A stretch of 64,000 nucleotides of DNA from the human T2T-CHM13v2.0 reference genome, Homo sapiens. The notes under the pieces were generated by a model that saw nothing but the letters and a program-made list of their open reading frames with translations, made no database searches and was not told where the DNA came from. Of this stretch, positions 41,894 to 57,277 are shown piece after piece. The stretch is from the NCBI RefSeq assembly GCF_009914755.1, contig NC_060942.1. The stretch is one strand, 5' to 3'. The stretch's first letter is position 1. Each line of letters starts with the position of its first letter. The position numbers were made by a program, and so were the translations under genes.

Positions 41894-44657
41894 AATAGGA
41901 GAACCTCCACTCATATCCCCCCATAACAACAATAATTTGTCAACCATCAGTGGATAGAAACACCTTTGTGGGGACTTTGAGATACAGAAAGGAGACTGCA
42001 AAACACCAGTGGAGTCCAAGATCAAGTAGGGCCATTTTGAGACATCAGGCTTGCACCCAAGTTGCAGTGGCTCTAGCTACACACATAGAGATAACACTCT
42101 CTTTATTTAGGCTTGGCCACAGCCCCATTTGTTCTGGCTCCTCTATCAGCATTGTCTACTAAGGGACTTTGGAGGAGCCTTACCTGCTTGTCTCTTGGGT
42201 AACAGGCTGGCTGACTGCAGTTCCAACTTCAACTCCTGAAGCATCTCTGTGACCTAGCTTCAACCCTGATCAGCTCAGTCCACAGGCAGGTGTACCCACA
42301 CACTGGAGACAAACCCATCTGTACTCACAGAGGCAGGCCTGCAGACCTGAAAACACCCTATAAATTAGGTTCAGCCATTTTTAGCCTTGGCCTAGAACCA
42401 GTTTTGCCAATTTAAAGACCTGCCCAGTAGCCCATTGGGAGCCAATCCAGGGATCTGGTAGGAGAAATACCCATCCACACCTTTGGTAACAGTTCCACCT
42501 TTTGCAGAGCCAACTGCAGGCCCTGATGAGGACCCTTTTCCCCGTGCCAGCCCTACTGATCAAGTCAGGGAGGCAGCCCTTTTCACCCAGAAACCAGACA
42601 AGATCCACAGCCTCCCCAGTCCCTGGTAGCAGGCCTGTCAACCTTGTATCACACTATGGACCCAGCAGCATCTGTGTGACCCCACTCCAGCCCTACTTTA
42701 CTGCAATTCTGGAGGCAATCCCATTAGCCCAGGCACCGGAGAGAAGAAGGTATTTACCTGCAAAAAGCAGTCTATAAATACTGGAAGAGGTGATTGTTCC
42801 TTCAGTTGCACAGACATCAACACATCTACATGGACCATGAAGAATCAGGAAAACACAACTCCTATCAAAGGAAATTAATAAATCTTCAGGAACTAAGCCT
42901 GAAAGAAATGAAAATCTATGAATTGTCCAAAACATAATTCAAAATAATCATTTTAAAGAACTTCAGTGAGTTGCAAGAGAAGACATAACAAAATAAAATC
43001 AGAAAAATAATGTGTAAAAAATAAGTAATTTAATAAATAATAGAAACCATAAAAAGATTTAAACAGAAATCCTGAAGTAGAATACAACGACTGAACAGAA
43101 AAATTGATCTGAGCTTCAAAAGAAAACTCAATCATGCAGAATATTCAATGAATTCAATAATGTGTCATTTGAAATTAGCCAGTTAGATGAACAAAAAGGA
43201 AAAAGAATAAAAAGTATAAAGAAATCATATGGGATAATTGGGACATCATTTGGTGAACAAATATATGTATTATGAGAGATTCAGAAGGCAAATGCAGAAG
43301 GGAGCATATTTAAGGAAATAATGGCTGAAAACTTCTTAAATATTGGAAAGTATATGAACCTCCAGATTTCTAAAGCTTGAAAGCCCCTAAGCAAAATTCA
43401 GCCTAAGAGATTAACCAAAGACATATTAAAATCAAATTGTCAAAAATAAAAAAAAAGATATAATTTTGAAAAAAGCAAGAGAAAAACAACTTGTCACATA
43501 CCAGCAACCCCTTCTGCCTGCAAAAATATCATTGGATTTTTCAACAGAAACCTCGCAGACCAAAAAGTTTTGGGAGAAGAAAAACTGCCAATAAAAGATA
43601 CTATACCCCAGCAAAGTTTTCCTTCAGACACAGAGAGGAAAGATATTCCCAGAATAACAAGGGCTTAGATTTGTCTTATAAGAAATGCTAAAGGGAGTTC
43701 TTCAAGTTGAAACAAAAGGTTGATAAGTAACAACATGAAAACTTATGAAAATACAAAACTCACTGCCAAAGGTAAATATATAGTCAAATTCATAGTGCCT
43801 TAATAATGTAATGTGGAGAATAAATCACTTTTAACTATAGTAAAAAAGTTAAAAGACCAAATATTTAAAATAACTATAGCTATGATACTTTATTAATGGA
43901 TATACAATATAAAAAGATGTCAAGGGTGACATAAATAGCATAAAATGTCAGAGAACAAGTAAAATGCAGAGCATGTGTATGTGATTGAATTTAAGTTGCT
44001 ATCACTAAAATAAATTATTATAACACGAAGATATTTTATGTAAACCTCATGGTAAGCACAAAGAAAAAAATATCTGTAGTAGATACACAAAAGATAAAGT
44101 GAAAGTAATCAAAGCATATCATTACACAAAATCAACAAATAACAAAATAATACAGCAAGATAAGAGGAAAGGAAGACAGAAACTACAAAACAGTAAATAA
44201 TTAACAAAATAGCAATAGTAACTTCTTATCTATCGATAATTATATTAAAATTAAATGAATTAAATTCTCCAATCAAAAGACACAGACAGGCTGAAAAAAC
44301 AAACAAAACAACCACCAAGATTCAACATTATTCTGCCTATAAAATACTCAGTTTCACTTTATGAATACATACAGGCTGAAAATGAAAAGATAGAAAAAGA
44401 TATTCCTCTAATTAATAACCAGAAGATAGCAGGGGTGGCTATAACTGTACAGCATGAAATAGATTTTTAGTCAAAATCTGACACAAGAGATAAAGAAGGT
44501 CTATATATAATGACAAAGTGGTCAGTACATCAGGAGGATATAACAATTTTAATTACATATGGTGCACCAAATTGGAGCACCTAGACATATAAAGCCAATA
44601 CTCACAGAAATGAAGGAATAAATAGTAATAAAATAACAGTAAATGACTTTAATCCTC

Positions 44658-45029
44658 TGTATTAGTCCATTCTCATTCTGCTAATAAAGACACCCGAGAC
44701 TGGGTCATTTATAAAGGAAAGAGTTTTAATTGACTCACAGTTCAGACTGGCTGGAGAGGCCTCAGGAAACTTAGAATCATGGTGGATGAGGAAGCAAGCA
44801 CTTCCTTCTTCACGTGGTTGCAGCAAGAAGAAGTTCCCAGTGAAGTGGGGGAAAACCCCTTATAAAACCATCAGATATTGTGAGAACTCACTCACTATCA
44901 TGAGAACAGTATCGAGGTAACTGCCCCCATGATTCAATTACCCCCCACAGGTCCCTCCAACGACATGTGGAAATTATGAGAACTATAGTTCAAGATGAGA
45001 TTTGGGTAGGGACACAGCCAATCATATCA
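44658..45029 (-). mobile_element. MaLR solo LTR, THE1D-like, nested in L1
   Basis: tgtattagtccattctca...ggcctcaggaaactt...gagaactcactcactatc...catatca. Confidence 0.92.
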
Positions 45030-45842
45030 CCATCCCACTTTCAACAGTATTATCTGGACAGAAAATCAATAAGAAAACAGCACAGTTGAATAGCACTATG
45101 GAACAAATGGACCTAATGCACATATACATAATATTCCGTACAATAACAGAAAATACATATTCTTCTCAAGCACACATAGGATATTCTCCAGGATATATCA
45201 TACGTTAGAAAACAAAACAATCTTAACTAATTTAGGAAGATTTAAATAATATCAAGTATCATTTCTGACATTAATGACAATTAATCAGAAATCAACTATG
45301 GGGGAAAGTTAAAAAATCACAGATATGCAGAAAATTAACACACTTCTGAACAACTAATGAGTCAAAGTATACATAAAAAGAGTTGAGTTTGTTCTCAAAC
45401 TTAGCAGAAACAAAGAAATAACGAAAACTAAAAAAGAAATGAATAAAAGAGAGACTAAAAAGACGATGGAAAAGTTCAATAAAATTTAGTTAGTTTGTTG
45501 AAAAGACAAAAATGATGGAAAAACCTTCCACTAAATTCACTGTGAAAAAAAGAGAGGAGTCAAATGAAATCACACATGAAAGAGGAGACAGTAATACATT
45601 TCTGTGATACCGCAGAAATACAAAAGATCATAAGAGACTACCATCAGCAGTCATATGCCAACATATTGGATAACTTAGAATAAATGGATAAAGTGTTTAA
45701 AAACATGCAACCTACCAAGAATGAATTATAAACAGAAAACCTGAAAAAAAACTATAATGGGATAGGAGATGAAGCAGTAATCAACAAAATCAACAACCTC
45801 CCAACAGAGAAAAGCGTGTGACTTCATGGCTTCACCGGTGTA

Positions 45843-46136
45843 TTTTTTTTTTTTTTTTTTTTTTTGAGAAGGAGTTTCACTCTGTCACCTAGGCTGGAGT
45901 GCAGTGGCCGCGATCTTGGCTCCGCCTCCCGGGTTCACGCCATCGTCCTGCCTCAGCCTCCCGAGTAGCTAGGACTATAGGCTCCCGCCACCACGCATGG
46001 CTAATTTTTTGTATTTTTAGTAGAGACTGGGTTTCACCGTGTTGGCCAGGATGGTCTCGATCTCCTGACCTCGTGATCCGCCCTCCTTGGCCTCCCAAAG
46101 TGCTGGGATTACAGGCGTGAGCCACCGCGCCCGGCC
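45843..46136 (-). mobile_element. AluY with 11-bp internal deletion
   Basis: AluY diagnostics (gttcacgcca, ggatggtctcgatctcc); TSD tcac(c/t)ggtgtatttt at 45832 and 46137; deletion between gctc repeats at about 45920. Confidence 0.96.
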
Positions 46137-47765
46137 TCACTGGTGTATTTTAACAAGCATTTAAAGAAGAATTAATGGCAATCCATCTCAAACTCTTTCA
46201 CAAAATTGAAGAGGAGGAAACATTTACAAATAATTGTATGTGGCCAGCATTAACCCTATAGTAAATCCAGATAAAATACTGCCAAAAAGAAAATCACAAG
46301 CCAATATTTCTGTTGAATATAGATGCAAATTGTTAACAAAATATTATCAAGCTGAATTTAACAGCACATTAAAAGGATCATACACCATGATCAAATGGGA
46401 TTTATCTCTGATATGCAAGACTGTTTCAACATATGCAAATTTATAAAAATGATATAGCACATTAACAAAATGAAAGATAAAATCATATGATCAGTTGAAT
46501 AGATGTAGAAAGAGCCTTTGACAAAACTAATAATAAAACAAGTTCATAACCTTTCATAATTAAAAAGCAACTCTCAACAAATTAAGTATAAAAGGAATAT
46601 ATCATAACATAATAAATATCATGTCAAGCCCACAGCTATCATACTCAATGGTGAACAGTTGAAAGATTTTCTTCTACTATCAGAAGCAAAACAAGGATCT
46701 CCTTTCTCATCACTTCTGTTTAATATAATAACTAGAAGTCCTAGACAAGGCAATTAGGCAAGGAAAAAAAAGGCATCTGTATTGGAAAGGAAGAAGTAAA
46801 ATGTCTCTATTTGCCAATAACATCATAATATCATGATATTATGTACAGAAACCCTAAACACTCTACCAACAAACTGTTAGAAGTAATACAGAAACTGTTA
46901 GAAGTAATACAGAAATTCGGTAAAGTTGCTGGATAGAAAGTCAGCATACAAAAGTCAGTTGCCGTTCTACACACTAAGTAGGAACTATTTGAAAAAGAAG
47001 TTAAGAAAACTTTCCCATTTAAATAACATCCAAAAGAATCAAATACTTAGGAATCAATTTAAGGAGGTAAAGTTTGAACAATGAAAACAATAAGACATTG
47101 ACAAATGAAATTAAAGAAGGCACAAACAAGTGGAAAGATATTCTGTGTTCATGGATTGAAAGAATTAGTATTATCAAAATGTCCATACCACCTAATGTGA
47201 CCCACAGAATCAGTGCAATCCCTTTAAAAATTCCAGTGGCATTTTCACAGAAATAGAAAAAAATAAACATTAAGTTTAAAAGACTCCAAAAGACCCCAAA
47301 TAGCCCAAGCAATCTTGAATAAGAACAAAGCTGGAGGCATCACACTTACTGATTTTAAAGTACATTACAAATGTATATTAATAAAAACAGCATGACAATG
47401 GCATAAAATCAGACACATGGAACATAAAAACAGACCAATGGAACAGAGCGGAGAGCCCAGACATAAACCCACACATTTATGGTCACCTCGTCTTTGAAAA
47501 GGGTGCCTATAATACAAAATAAGGAATGTTAGTCTCTTCAACAAATTGTCTTGGGACAAATAGACATCTAAATACAAAAGAATAAAAGTGGCTCTTTAGC
47601 TTACACCATAAAACTTGAAACAAATTAAGGATTTACTCATTAAGACCAGAAAATGTAAAACTGCAGGAAGCAAACAGGAAAAAACTCCTTGATGTTTGTC
47701 TTGGCTATGATTTTTTTTTCTTTTTTCTTTTTTTTAGATACGACACCAAAAACACAGGCAAAAGC

Positions 47766-47802
47766 ATCACGTCTCAGTCTTTTGGCTAAGATTACGTGTA
47801 GT
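47766..47802 (+). pseudogene. 3'-truncated U2 snRNA retropseudogene (first 37 nt)
   Basis: atcacgtctcagtcttttggctaagattacgtgtagt matches the U2 5' end ATCGCTTCTCGGCCTTTTGGCTAAGATCAAGTGTAGT at 30 of 37 positions; flanked by duplicated cacaggca..aaag. Confidence 0.9.
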
Positions 47803-47855
47803 GAATGCACAGGCAACAAAAGTAAAAATAGACAAATGGGATTAGATTTAAGTAA

Positions 47856-48951
<1,096 letters not shown>

Positions 48952-49005
48952 AAAAAGCTTCTGCAGAGCAAAGGAAACAATCCATAGGGTAAAAAAATGA
49001 ACTTT

Positions 49006-49306
49006 GGCTGGGCGCAGTGGCTCACGCCTGTAATCCCAGTACTCTGAGGGGCTGCGGCGGGCAGATCACAACGTCAGGAGATCAAGACCATCCTGGCTAA
49101 CATGGTGAAACCACATCTCTACTAAAAATACAAAAAATTAGCCAGGTGTGGTGGCACGTGCCTGTATTTCCAGCTATGCAGGAGGCTGAGGCAGGAGAAT
49201 CGCTTGAACCCAGGGAGGCGGAGATTGCAGTGAGCCGAGATCATGCCACTGAACTCCAGCCTGGGGGACAAAGAGAGACTCTGTCTCAAAAAAAAAATAA
49301 TAATAA
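49006..49306 (+). mobile_element. Alu, AluSc-like
   Basis: Full dimer, aggagatcaagaccatcctggctaac, tail A10(TAA)n. Confidence 0.95.
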
Positions 49307-49761
49307 TACCAATATGAAAAAGATCTACAAAATGGGAAAAATGTTTTCAAACCATATATCTGATAAGGAGCTAATATCCAAAATACACTTATAAAACTGA
49401 ATTAAACAGCATAAAAACAAATAACCTGATTAAAAATTTAGTGAAGACGTGAATAGATATTTCTGCAAAGAAAACATACAAGTGGTCAATAGGTATATAA
49501 AAGGTATTCAATATCACTAATCATCAGGGAAATGCAAATCAAAACCACAATGAGTTATCTTCTCATACCTTTTATGATGGCTAATATTAAACAAGAGATA
49601 ACAAGTGTTTATGGGGGTGTGGAGAAAAGAGAATGTTCGAACACTCTTGGTTGAAATATAAGTTGGTAGAACCATTATGCAAAACAGTATGAATCTTTAT
49701 CAGTATAAAAATAGAACTAGCATATGATCCAGCAATCCCACCTCTGGAGATCCCACCCCTA

Positions 49762-49769
49762 TCTCTCTA

Positions 49770-49818
<49 letters not shown>

Positions 49819-49886
49819 GTCTGTCTATCATCTATCTATCTTTCTATCTATCTATCTATCTTTCTATCTATCTATCTGTCTATCTA
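49762..49886. repeat. Compound (ATCT)n / GATA tetranucleotide STR
   Basis: About 11 perfect tatc units followed by interrupted units. Confidence 0.95.
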
Positions 49887-50498
49887 TAACGGAATATTTT
49901 TCAGCCATAAAAATAAGGAAGTCCTGCTATTTGCAACAAACTGGGTGAATATGGAGAACGTTATGCTAAATGCAATATGCTAAAGACAGACACAGAAAGA
50001 CAAGTATGACCTCACTTATATGTGGAAACTGAAAAAGCCATACTCATTACAGCAAAGAGTAGAATGTTGGTTACCAGGGGCAAAGAGGGTAGAAATGAGG
50101 GGAGTGAGAAAATGTCAATCAAAGTGTAAGAATGTTATAACATAAATAAATTATAGAGTTCTAATGAACTCTGTGATAGCTATGGTTAATAATACGGTAT
50201 TGTGTACTAGATGTTTGCTAAGAGAGTACATCTTGTGTTCTCATCACACACAAAAACAATGGTTCCTATGTGAAGTTATGTATGTGTTCATTAGCTTGAT
50301 CGTGGTAATCATTTCACAATGTATACATATATCAAAACATTATATTGTACACCTTAAATATATACAGATTATATTTGTCAGTTATACCACAATAAAGCTG
50401 AGGAAAAATAAATAATGGATGAGCTCCATATGTGACATCATCTGACTTAGCTCTGGACTGCATGCTTCACTATTACATGTATCAATTCTAAGCTCTCA

Positions 50499-50645
50499 TT
50501 TTTATTTATTTATTCATTGTTTTTTATAGAGACAGGGTCTTGCTATGTTGACAAGGCTGGTCTTGAACTCCTAGACTCAAAACTATCCTCCTGCCGCCGC
50601 CTCCCAAACTGCTGGAATTACAGGCATGAGCAACTGCATCTGACC
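50499..50645 (-). mobile_element. FLAM (fossil Alu monomer)
   Basis: Single monomer agagacagggtcttgctatgttg...; TSD tctaagct at 50487 and 50646. Confidence 0.9.
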
Positions 50646-52695
50646 TCTAAGCTTCTATTTTTAAAGGTCTTGTTCTCCAAACATGTATTTGGTCTTCCCT
50701 TGACAGTGGGAAAAAAAATCTATCTTAAATGGCACTCAAAATAAGTTGTGATTTAAATAGGGAGAAGGGAGTAATGGTATTATATCAAAATAAGTGGCCT
50801 TGGCCCAGGGACCTTAGTCTTTACAAAAAGCTCTCACAACATTGTGTGACCTTGAGCAGCAGGGAATTATAAGCTGCTAGTCTTTGTTTGGCTACTCTAT
50901 AAGGCACTTCCGTTTACGTCTGGCTTAGTAAGTGTAAATACAACCCCAAAGGAAAGAAACCAGGCTTTACATTGGGAAGTACACATTGAGACTTTTTTTT
51001 TTTCCGCAACAATAATACATGAAGAAAAGAAATATTATGCATGTCATTGCTTTCAAATAGAAAAATTATATCTATTGGGATTACTCTATTCTATCTATTC
51101 CTTAGGATTGTTAAAAAAAAGTATTCTTTTTTAAGTATTAACAAAGGAAATGATTTCTTACTGCCTTGTTACTATAGGGAGCTATATTTTCAGCAGGAGA
51201 GAAATGGGATCGCTTTCATTACTTTAATGGTATGACAGTTTTCCCAATGCAGAAAAGAATTTACTCTAGAGGCTTCAAAAGGCACTCATATGTAATGAAA
51301 AATTTTTGCCATATTGCAAATGCATATGATATTGGTCTACCTTTCAAAAACATGTGAAACTTTCTGCAGCTGTTTTATATAAAGTATTATGACACTGGGT
51401 AGTTTAACTTTTGAGATACTTCATGCATAAAAAAGTTTTCTGGGACAGACTTACAGATAACCCAACTGTATTTATTCATATTTAATGTTTGCTTTTGTTG
51501 AATGCACAAATGATTTACCCAACTGTGTAATGACATTCATTTCAATTTTATGGAACTATACATTTTCTTTTTGAATGGGATGGATGAGTTGTGTGAAGTC
51601 TGAAATTTATGTGCAATGAAGTAAAATGCTAGCAATGAAAATGCTATGATACTTAACTACTAGGAAAATATTTGATTGGGGGCAGGTATCTTTTCTATGT
51701 TTGTAACCTCTCTTTTCTTTTTTCGATGTTGTTTTTATTAGAACACAGTAGCAATGAAAAAGTAAATTGTAAACATTCATCACCTAAGCATAGCATTTAT
51801 TGATTTTCTCATATACAGCAGTTTGCATACTTTGTGATATATGTAGGAAACCAAGAAAAATGAAGGGTTATAACTGTTTACTGATTATGGATCTCCATGA
51901 ATATTTTTGAAACCAGTAACAACAGCAAAACCTCCATAACACAGTACATTATTACAAAAATACTCACTTAACTTGCCCAAGACCACAGCCTATAGCTGAA
52001 AGAGACAAATGATTCTGTGCCTGCAACATGTGTATGTCTTTATTTACTGAAAAGCCTCCATGTCTATCTCATATCTACATTCAGACTGCCATTCTCAATT
52101 CAAAGCAAATAATCATTGGTTTCAGAAGGTGACAATTATCTCTCAGTGTTTTAATTTCCCGTAACATAAGTAGATATTTGCTGAGATTAGCTGTATAAGT
52201 TTTATTCCATTATATCAACAGTTGAAGCCATAATATAGCAATGTAAATGTGCTAATGACAGCCTTTTGCTTACAAGTAGATTTAGATGAATATATGACCT
52301 GGCTCCACGAAAACAGATTTCCATTTAGATTTGAAAATCTAGTTAAGTACTGTGCATAATAATGGATGCAGAGTAGAATTAATAAATGTAAGTATCGATC
52401 AGTGGGTGATTGAGATTAAGGCTGAAACGCTACATAAAGGTTAGTTTCCACCACTTGTTAGCTAACAGTGTCAAATATGATACTTATCTTTTAACATTGT
52501 AGTATGAGAAAATATCTATTTAATATTTTCAAATAATGTAATTAGGTTTTCTTAAGAGTACATATTTCTAATGCTCTTAGAATCTACATCAATGATGTTG
52601 AATATTGATAGTTTAAGTCTTCTACAGTTCATGAATTCAGCTGACAATAGGAGACTAATGATCAGCGCAGAAAGTAGTTATAAGAAGCAGAAGTT

Positions 52696-52760
52696 TTAGG
52701 TTGTTGCAAAAGTAATTGCGGTTTTTGCCATTAAAAGTAATCACTTTTGCACCAATGTAA
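52696..52760. mobile_element. MADE1 (Hsmar1-derived MITE), internally deleted
   Basis: ttaggttgttgcaaaagtaattgcggtttttgccatta...aatcacttttgcaccaatgtaa. Confidence 0.9.
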
Positions 52761-53587
52761 TGGTCAGGTTTTAATTTTAAATTCATCATTTCTTCGATCT
52801 TGGGCAAGTCACGTTCTTCATTTTGCCTCTACTTTATACTTTACAAAAATATAAAGTGTTTGTCTGCTTCATAATGTTATAGTTCTTAGTAGGGGTAATT
52901 TGGAGAAAGAAATACTGCCTAAATGGAAGAAATAATAGTATCAATAAAAATATATAAATACAATAAGCACACTTAACTAAGGTTAAAAATCTAGTGCATT
53001 ACTTAAATGAAGTATAAAACTAAGTTAATTTAAGTTCTGGCCACCTTTTTCAAGGAGATGCTACAACATGTATAAAATGTGAAGGCTCTCATTTATATTT
53101 GAATATATTATCTGAAAGTCAATGTCCAGTCCTATGCTACTTATTTAGTTGCTTGTTTTCCAGGAAATTTAATTTTCTGTAGCGAAGTCAAACTTAAGAA
53201 AAAAACACCAAACACCTAAAACAGCTATTGGCCATCCTGTCTCTAAAACTAGGCATTTTTAAATTTTATTACTTTAATTTTTTGTTACTATAGGTAATTT
53301 AGCATACTATTGTTTTCAGTTTTCACTATTTTTTCTTTTTACAATCTGAAGCAATGAAGAAAGAGTTGAGCAAAAAGGACTTGGGAATTATGACAGCTGA
53401 AAAAGCTCATCTCAGTGATAGCAGAAATGACAATTTGACAGCCTGCTATCAAAAAATAAGACAGAAGAACTATAAAATTTTTTTTGTAGTATGGTGAGCT
53501 TTCCTACTGATGACCTTGAATCAATAACAAAAACAAAGAATGAAACCATCTTTGATGTTCTCTGGCTAAGAAATCAGTGGTTTCTAA

Positions 53588-53875
<288 letters not shown>

Positions 53876-53917
53876 TATAATCCATTTTTAAATGATGTCA
53901 TAAAACCATGGAAAATT

Positions 53918-54173
53918 TATTTCTAAATTTTATTTTATTTTAAGTTCTGGGATACTTGTGCAGGACGTGCAGGTTTGTTACATAGGTAAATGTGTGCCAT
54001 GGTGGTTTGCTGCACCTATCAACCCATCGCCGAGGTATTAAGCCCTGCATGCTCTCCCTCCCCGCACCCCCCCACCGGCCCCCTGAAAGGCCCTGATGTG
54101 TGGTTCCCCTCCCTGTGTCCATGAGTTCTCATTGTTCAACTTCCACTTATGAGTGAGAACATGCAGTGTTTGG
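53918..54173 (-). mobile_element. L1PA8-10-like 3' stub (256 bp)
   Basis: 3' UTR only; perfect 15-bp TSD aaaccatggaaaatt at 53903-53917 and 54174-54188. Confidence 0.93.
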
Positions 54174-54383
54174 AAACCATGGAAAATTAAACCAGGGAAG
54201 GATGTGAAACCTTATCTAAGACAATGAGTCCTCATTCTGCGGATGATAAACTAAAGCAGTTAGAGTTTCATGATTTACCCAAGGTTACAAGTAAAGGTTT
54301 AAAATTGATAAATTTTAGTTGATGGGGTAAATTTTAGTATCTATAAAGCTTTTAAATATGAAATCATTTAAACCTTAGCAATG

Positions 54384-54387
<4 letters not shown>

Positions 54388-54425
<38 letters not shown>
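54388..54425. repeat. (TG)n microsatellite
   Basis: About 19 perfect units. Confidence 0.95.
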
Positions 54426-54427
<2 letters not shown>

Positions 54428-57277
54428 CTATACTTATATATCCATACTTATTTATATACCAACATATGCACTGCTCCAGCAACTATATATGAGAAACATA
54501 TGTCTTAGTTGTCAAGTATAACATTCCTCCAATATTTCTACAATATTTTTAAAACTCACAGTTGAGCATGAACATATTTGTGCTATTAGGATTCACCCTA
54601 AAGTTACAAGCCTACATCTGGGAAATAAAGCTGATTAAGTCCAGAATAATTTAATCCTTGATGTTGGATTGGGAGAGCAGAAGTGTCACTTTTTTTTGGT
54701 ACCTTATATCTGACAAATACACAAGATAACAGATGAAATTCACTTATGTGAATGTGTTATGTATGGGTTAAAAAGCAAGTCAGAAAGATAGAGGTAGAAG
54801 ATAGCAGTGAGTTATCTTAGAATTTAAAACCATGAATAGCCATTTATTATATTACAGTTTTCAAAATGTGATCCATGAGTCATTACATGACAATTGCCAC
54901 AATAATTTAATGCTGTGATTCTCATACAATGATATAATTGCAATGCAATGGAAGATGACATAGGTCTGGCACCTGTGTGGGGAGAAAAGGAAGGAAGGAA
55001 GAATGAGTAAGAAGAACTTCACATTGCAGTCCAGTTCTGAGAACACTGGATCCAGGCAATGAAAATCCCGCCACCACCCCTCACACATCTATTTATGAAA
55101 AGTCTAATTAGGCTTTGTAATATTTCTGAGATGAAGTAGTATTTAGGAAGAAATCTGAAGAATAAATAGAAATTATGCAGGAGAAAAGAAATGAGTGTTT
55201 CAAGAACTAGCATATGCATAGACTTAGAGGTGAGACAGAAAGCTTAGCATACATGAAGTACTAAAAGATGTTCAATCTATTGACCATAAAGTAAGGAGTA
55301 GCTGTGGATTGCAGAAAATTAAGTCAATTTACAAAAGAAAGTGATTTATAAGCCTTGGTAAGGAGTTAGTTTTTGAGAAAGGAATTTTCTAAAATGGCAG
55401 AGATTAAACATATTTAAATACTTATAGGAATAAGCTGATAAAAAGAACTTGATTAGTAAAAAAAGGGAATAGACAACTGACAGAAACAGTTCTTTGTTAG
55501 GAGTAGTATTGGCACTTACCTTATATTCTCTATTAAGTAGAGCATATCTTGTCCTTACATATCTCCTCTCCTCATAGCCAAACTTCATGAGAGAGTTATC
55601 TTGGTTCCTTGAATTGTTTTCCACCCATGCATCTCATACCTCACCCCATTACAATTTACTGTTATCTCTATGCCCACCACTAAACTTGATCTAACAAAAA
55701 TAATCAATGACAATGATCCCCTTTAAATAAATTCAATGGATAGCCCACATTACATACTTACTAGATTTTCAGTGACCTTTACTTATGTTGATCATGACCA
55801 TCTTTTCAATAATTCTCTTCATAATGCCTGCACATCTGCACAAAAAGATGCATAAATAATCTCCTAATTTGACTACCTCCCTTCCTTCTCTTTTCCAGTA
55901 GCAATTATTATTATTTCCAGGCAACTATTATCAATTCTTTTTTTGTCTCCTTAGTGCATTCTTGAATTAAGCACTGACGTCTATCAACTAGCTAGTTATT
56001 TTTTTTAAGAAATGTAATTCTGCTCTTGTCACCCCCCTGATTAACCTAACATATTCAAATATTATTTCTACTAATTAAATTGTGTAGGATAATTAGATAT
56101 TCACCAGTTTTCTAAAGGGGCACCATGCATATGTACATTAGATAAAGGACTAAAGTTCTGCCAAACTTAAAGTTTTAGAAGAAAGAATAAAATAGTTCTC
56201 CATAACTACCGAAGTATGCATAAGCAAGAGTGGCTCTTTCAATTCCAGAGCTTGTCCCATATCTCATTCTAATAAAAAGGATGCCACCTATGATCTCTGT
56301 ATATTTCCTTCCATATGTTCTTGCCAACACCAAATCTAGCAGCTTGAAAAGTGTTGAGGATTAAAAAAGAAACAGACTTTTCTCTTAGCTTTTATGCTTC
56401 TATATCATGACACTCTCTTGCTTTCCTTTTTTTTTCTTTGTCTGTACCTTCTCATTAGGCTTGAGCTGAAAAGCAATTTATATTACTGAAATACAAGAGT
56501 ACAAATGAAGATAATTTTTCTGTGTGTTTAATGCTCTGTCCCTAATAACTGAAACAGTCCCTGGAACATACTAAATTTTCTCTGTGTTAAAAGCCTTCAA
56601 TAAATGAAGAAAACTAGAATCTGTGCTGCCAGATTCTCGTTTGACAATCTTCACCAACATATTGCAGAAAAAAATCACCAGACAGAAGTAGGCATTTAAA
56701 CTGAAAGTTATGATATAGTAGGACCCAAGTGGGGTTGTTAGTTTCCAGTGATGGTCAATCTGAAATGATGTGGGGACATACACCATGAAGAAACAGAGGA
56801 AGATGTATTAATAAGATATAAAGAAACAAACACAGAAAATGGCTGACTCCTCTTAACTGTGTGGCAGTAGAGAAGACCCACGATGGCCTCTGTTACGTAC
56901 AATCTTTTTGTTTACTTACCTGATGAACCACATGTTTGTGGAGTCCCATGGTCATCCATCCTGCATTCACTTCCTATGTCTCATCAATAAATTGCGGCAT
57001 ATTATTTAGTGACCAAAATGCCCAACTAACAGATAAAATCTTATAAACTTGCAGTAAATCATAATAGATGAATGTCTCCTTAAAGTAAAATAGTGGTTAA
57101 AATACGGCTGAAAATACTTTCCACCTCTGCAGATGAAATTAGCAGACAGTCTGGAAACACGTGCTAGTGGAGGCAGCATATGGAGGATAAGGCAATGAGT
57201 GAAATGGGTAAATAATTGAATTGAGGACAAAATCTTCTGGATTTCTTGCTCAATTCTGATGCTTTCTAGAAGCAAAG

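Noticed and set aside
53416-53451. 9-bp hairpin tgatagcag...ctgctatca in a possible L3/CR1 remnant
   Set aside because: Short stem within chance expectation; the CR1 assignment is too weak to list.
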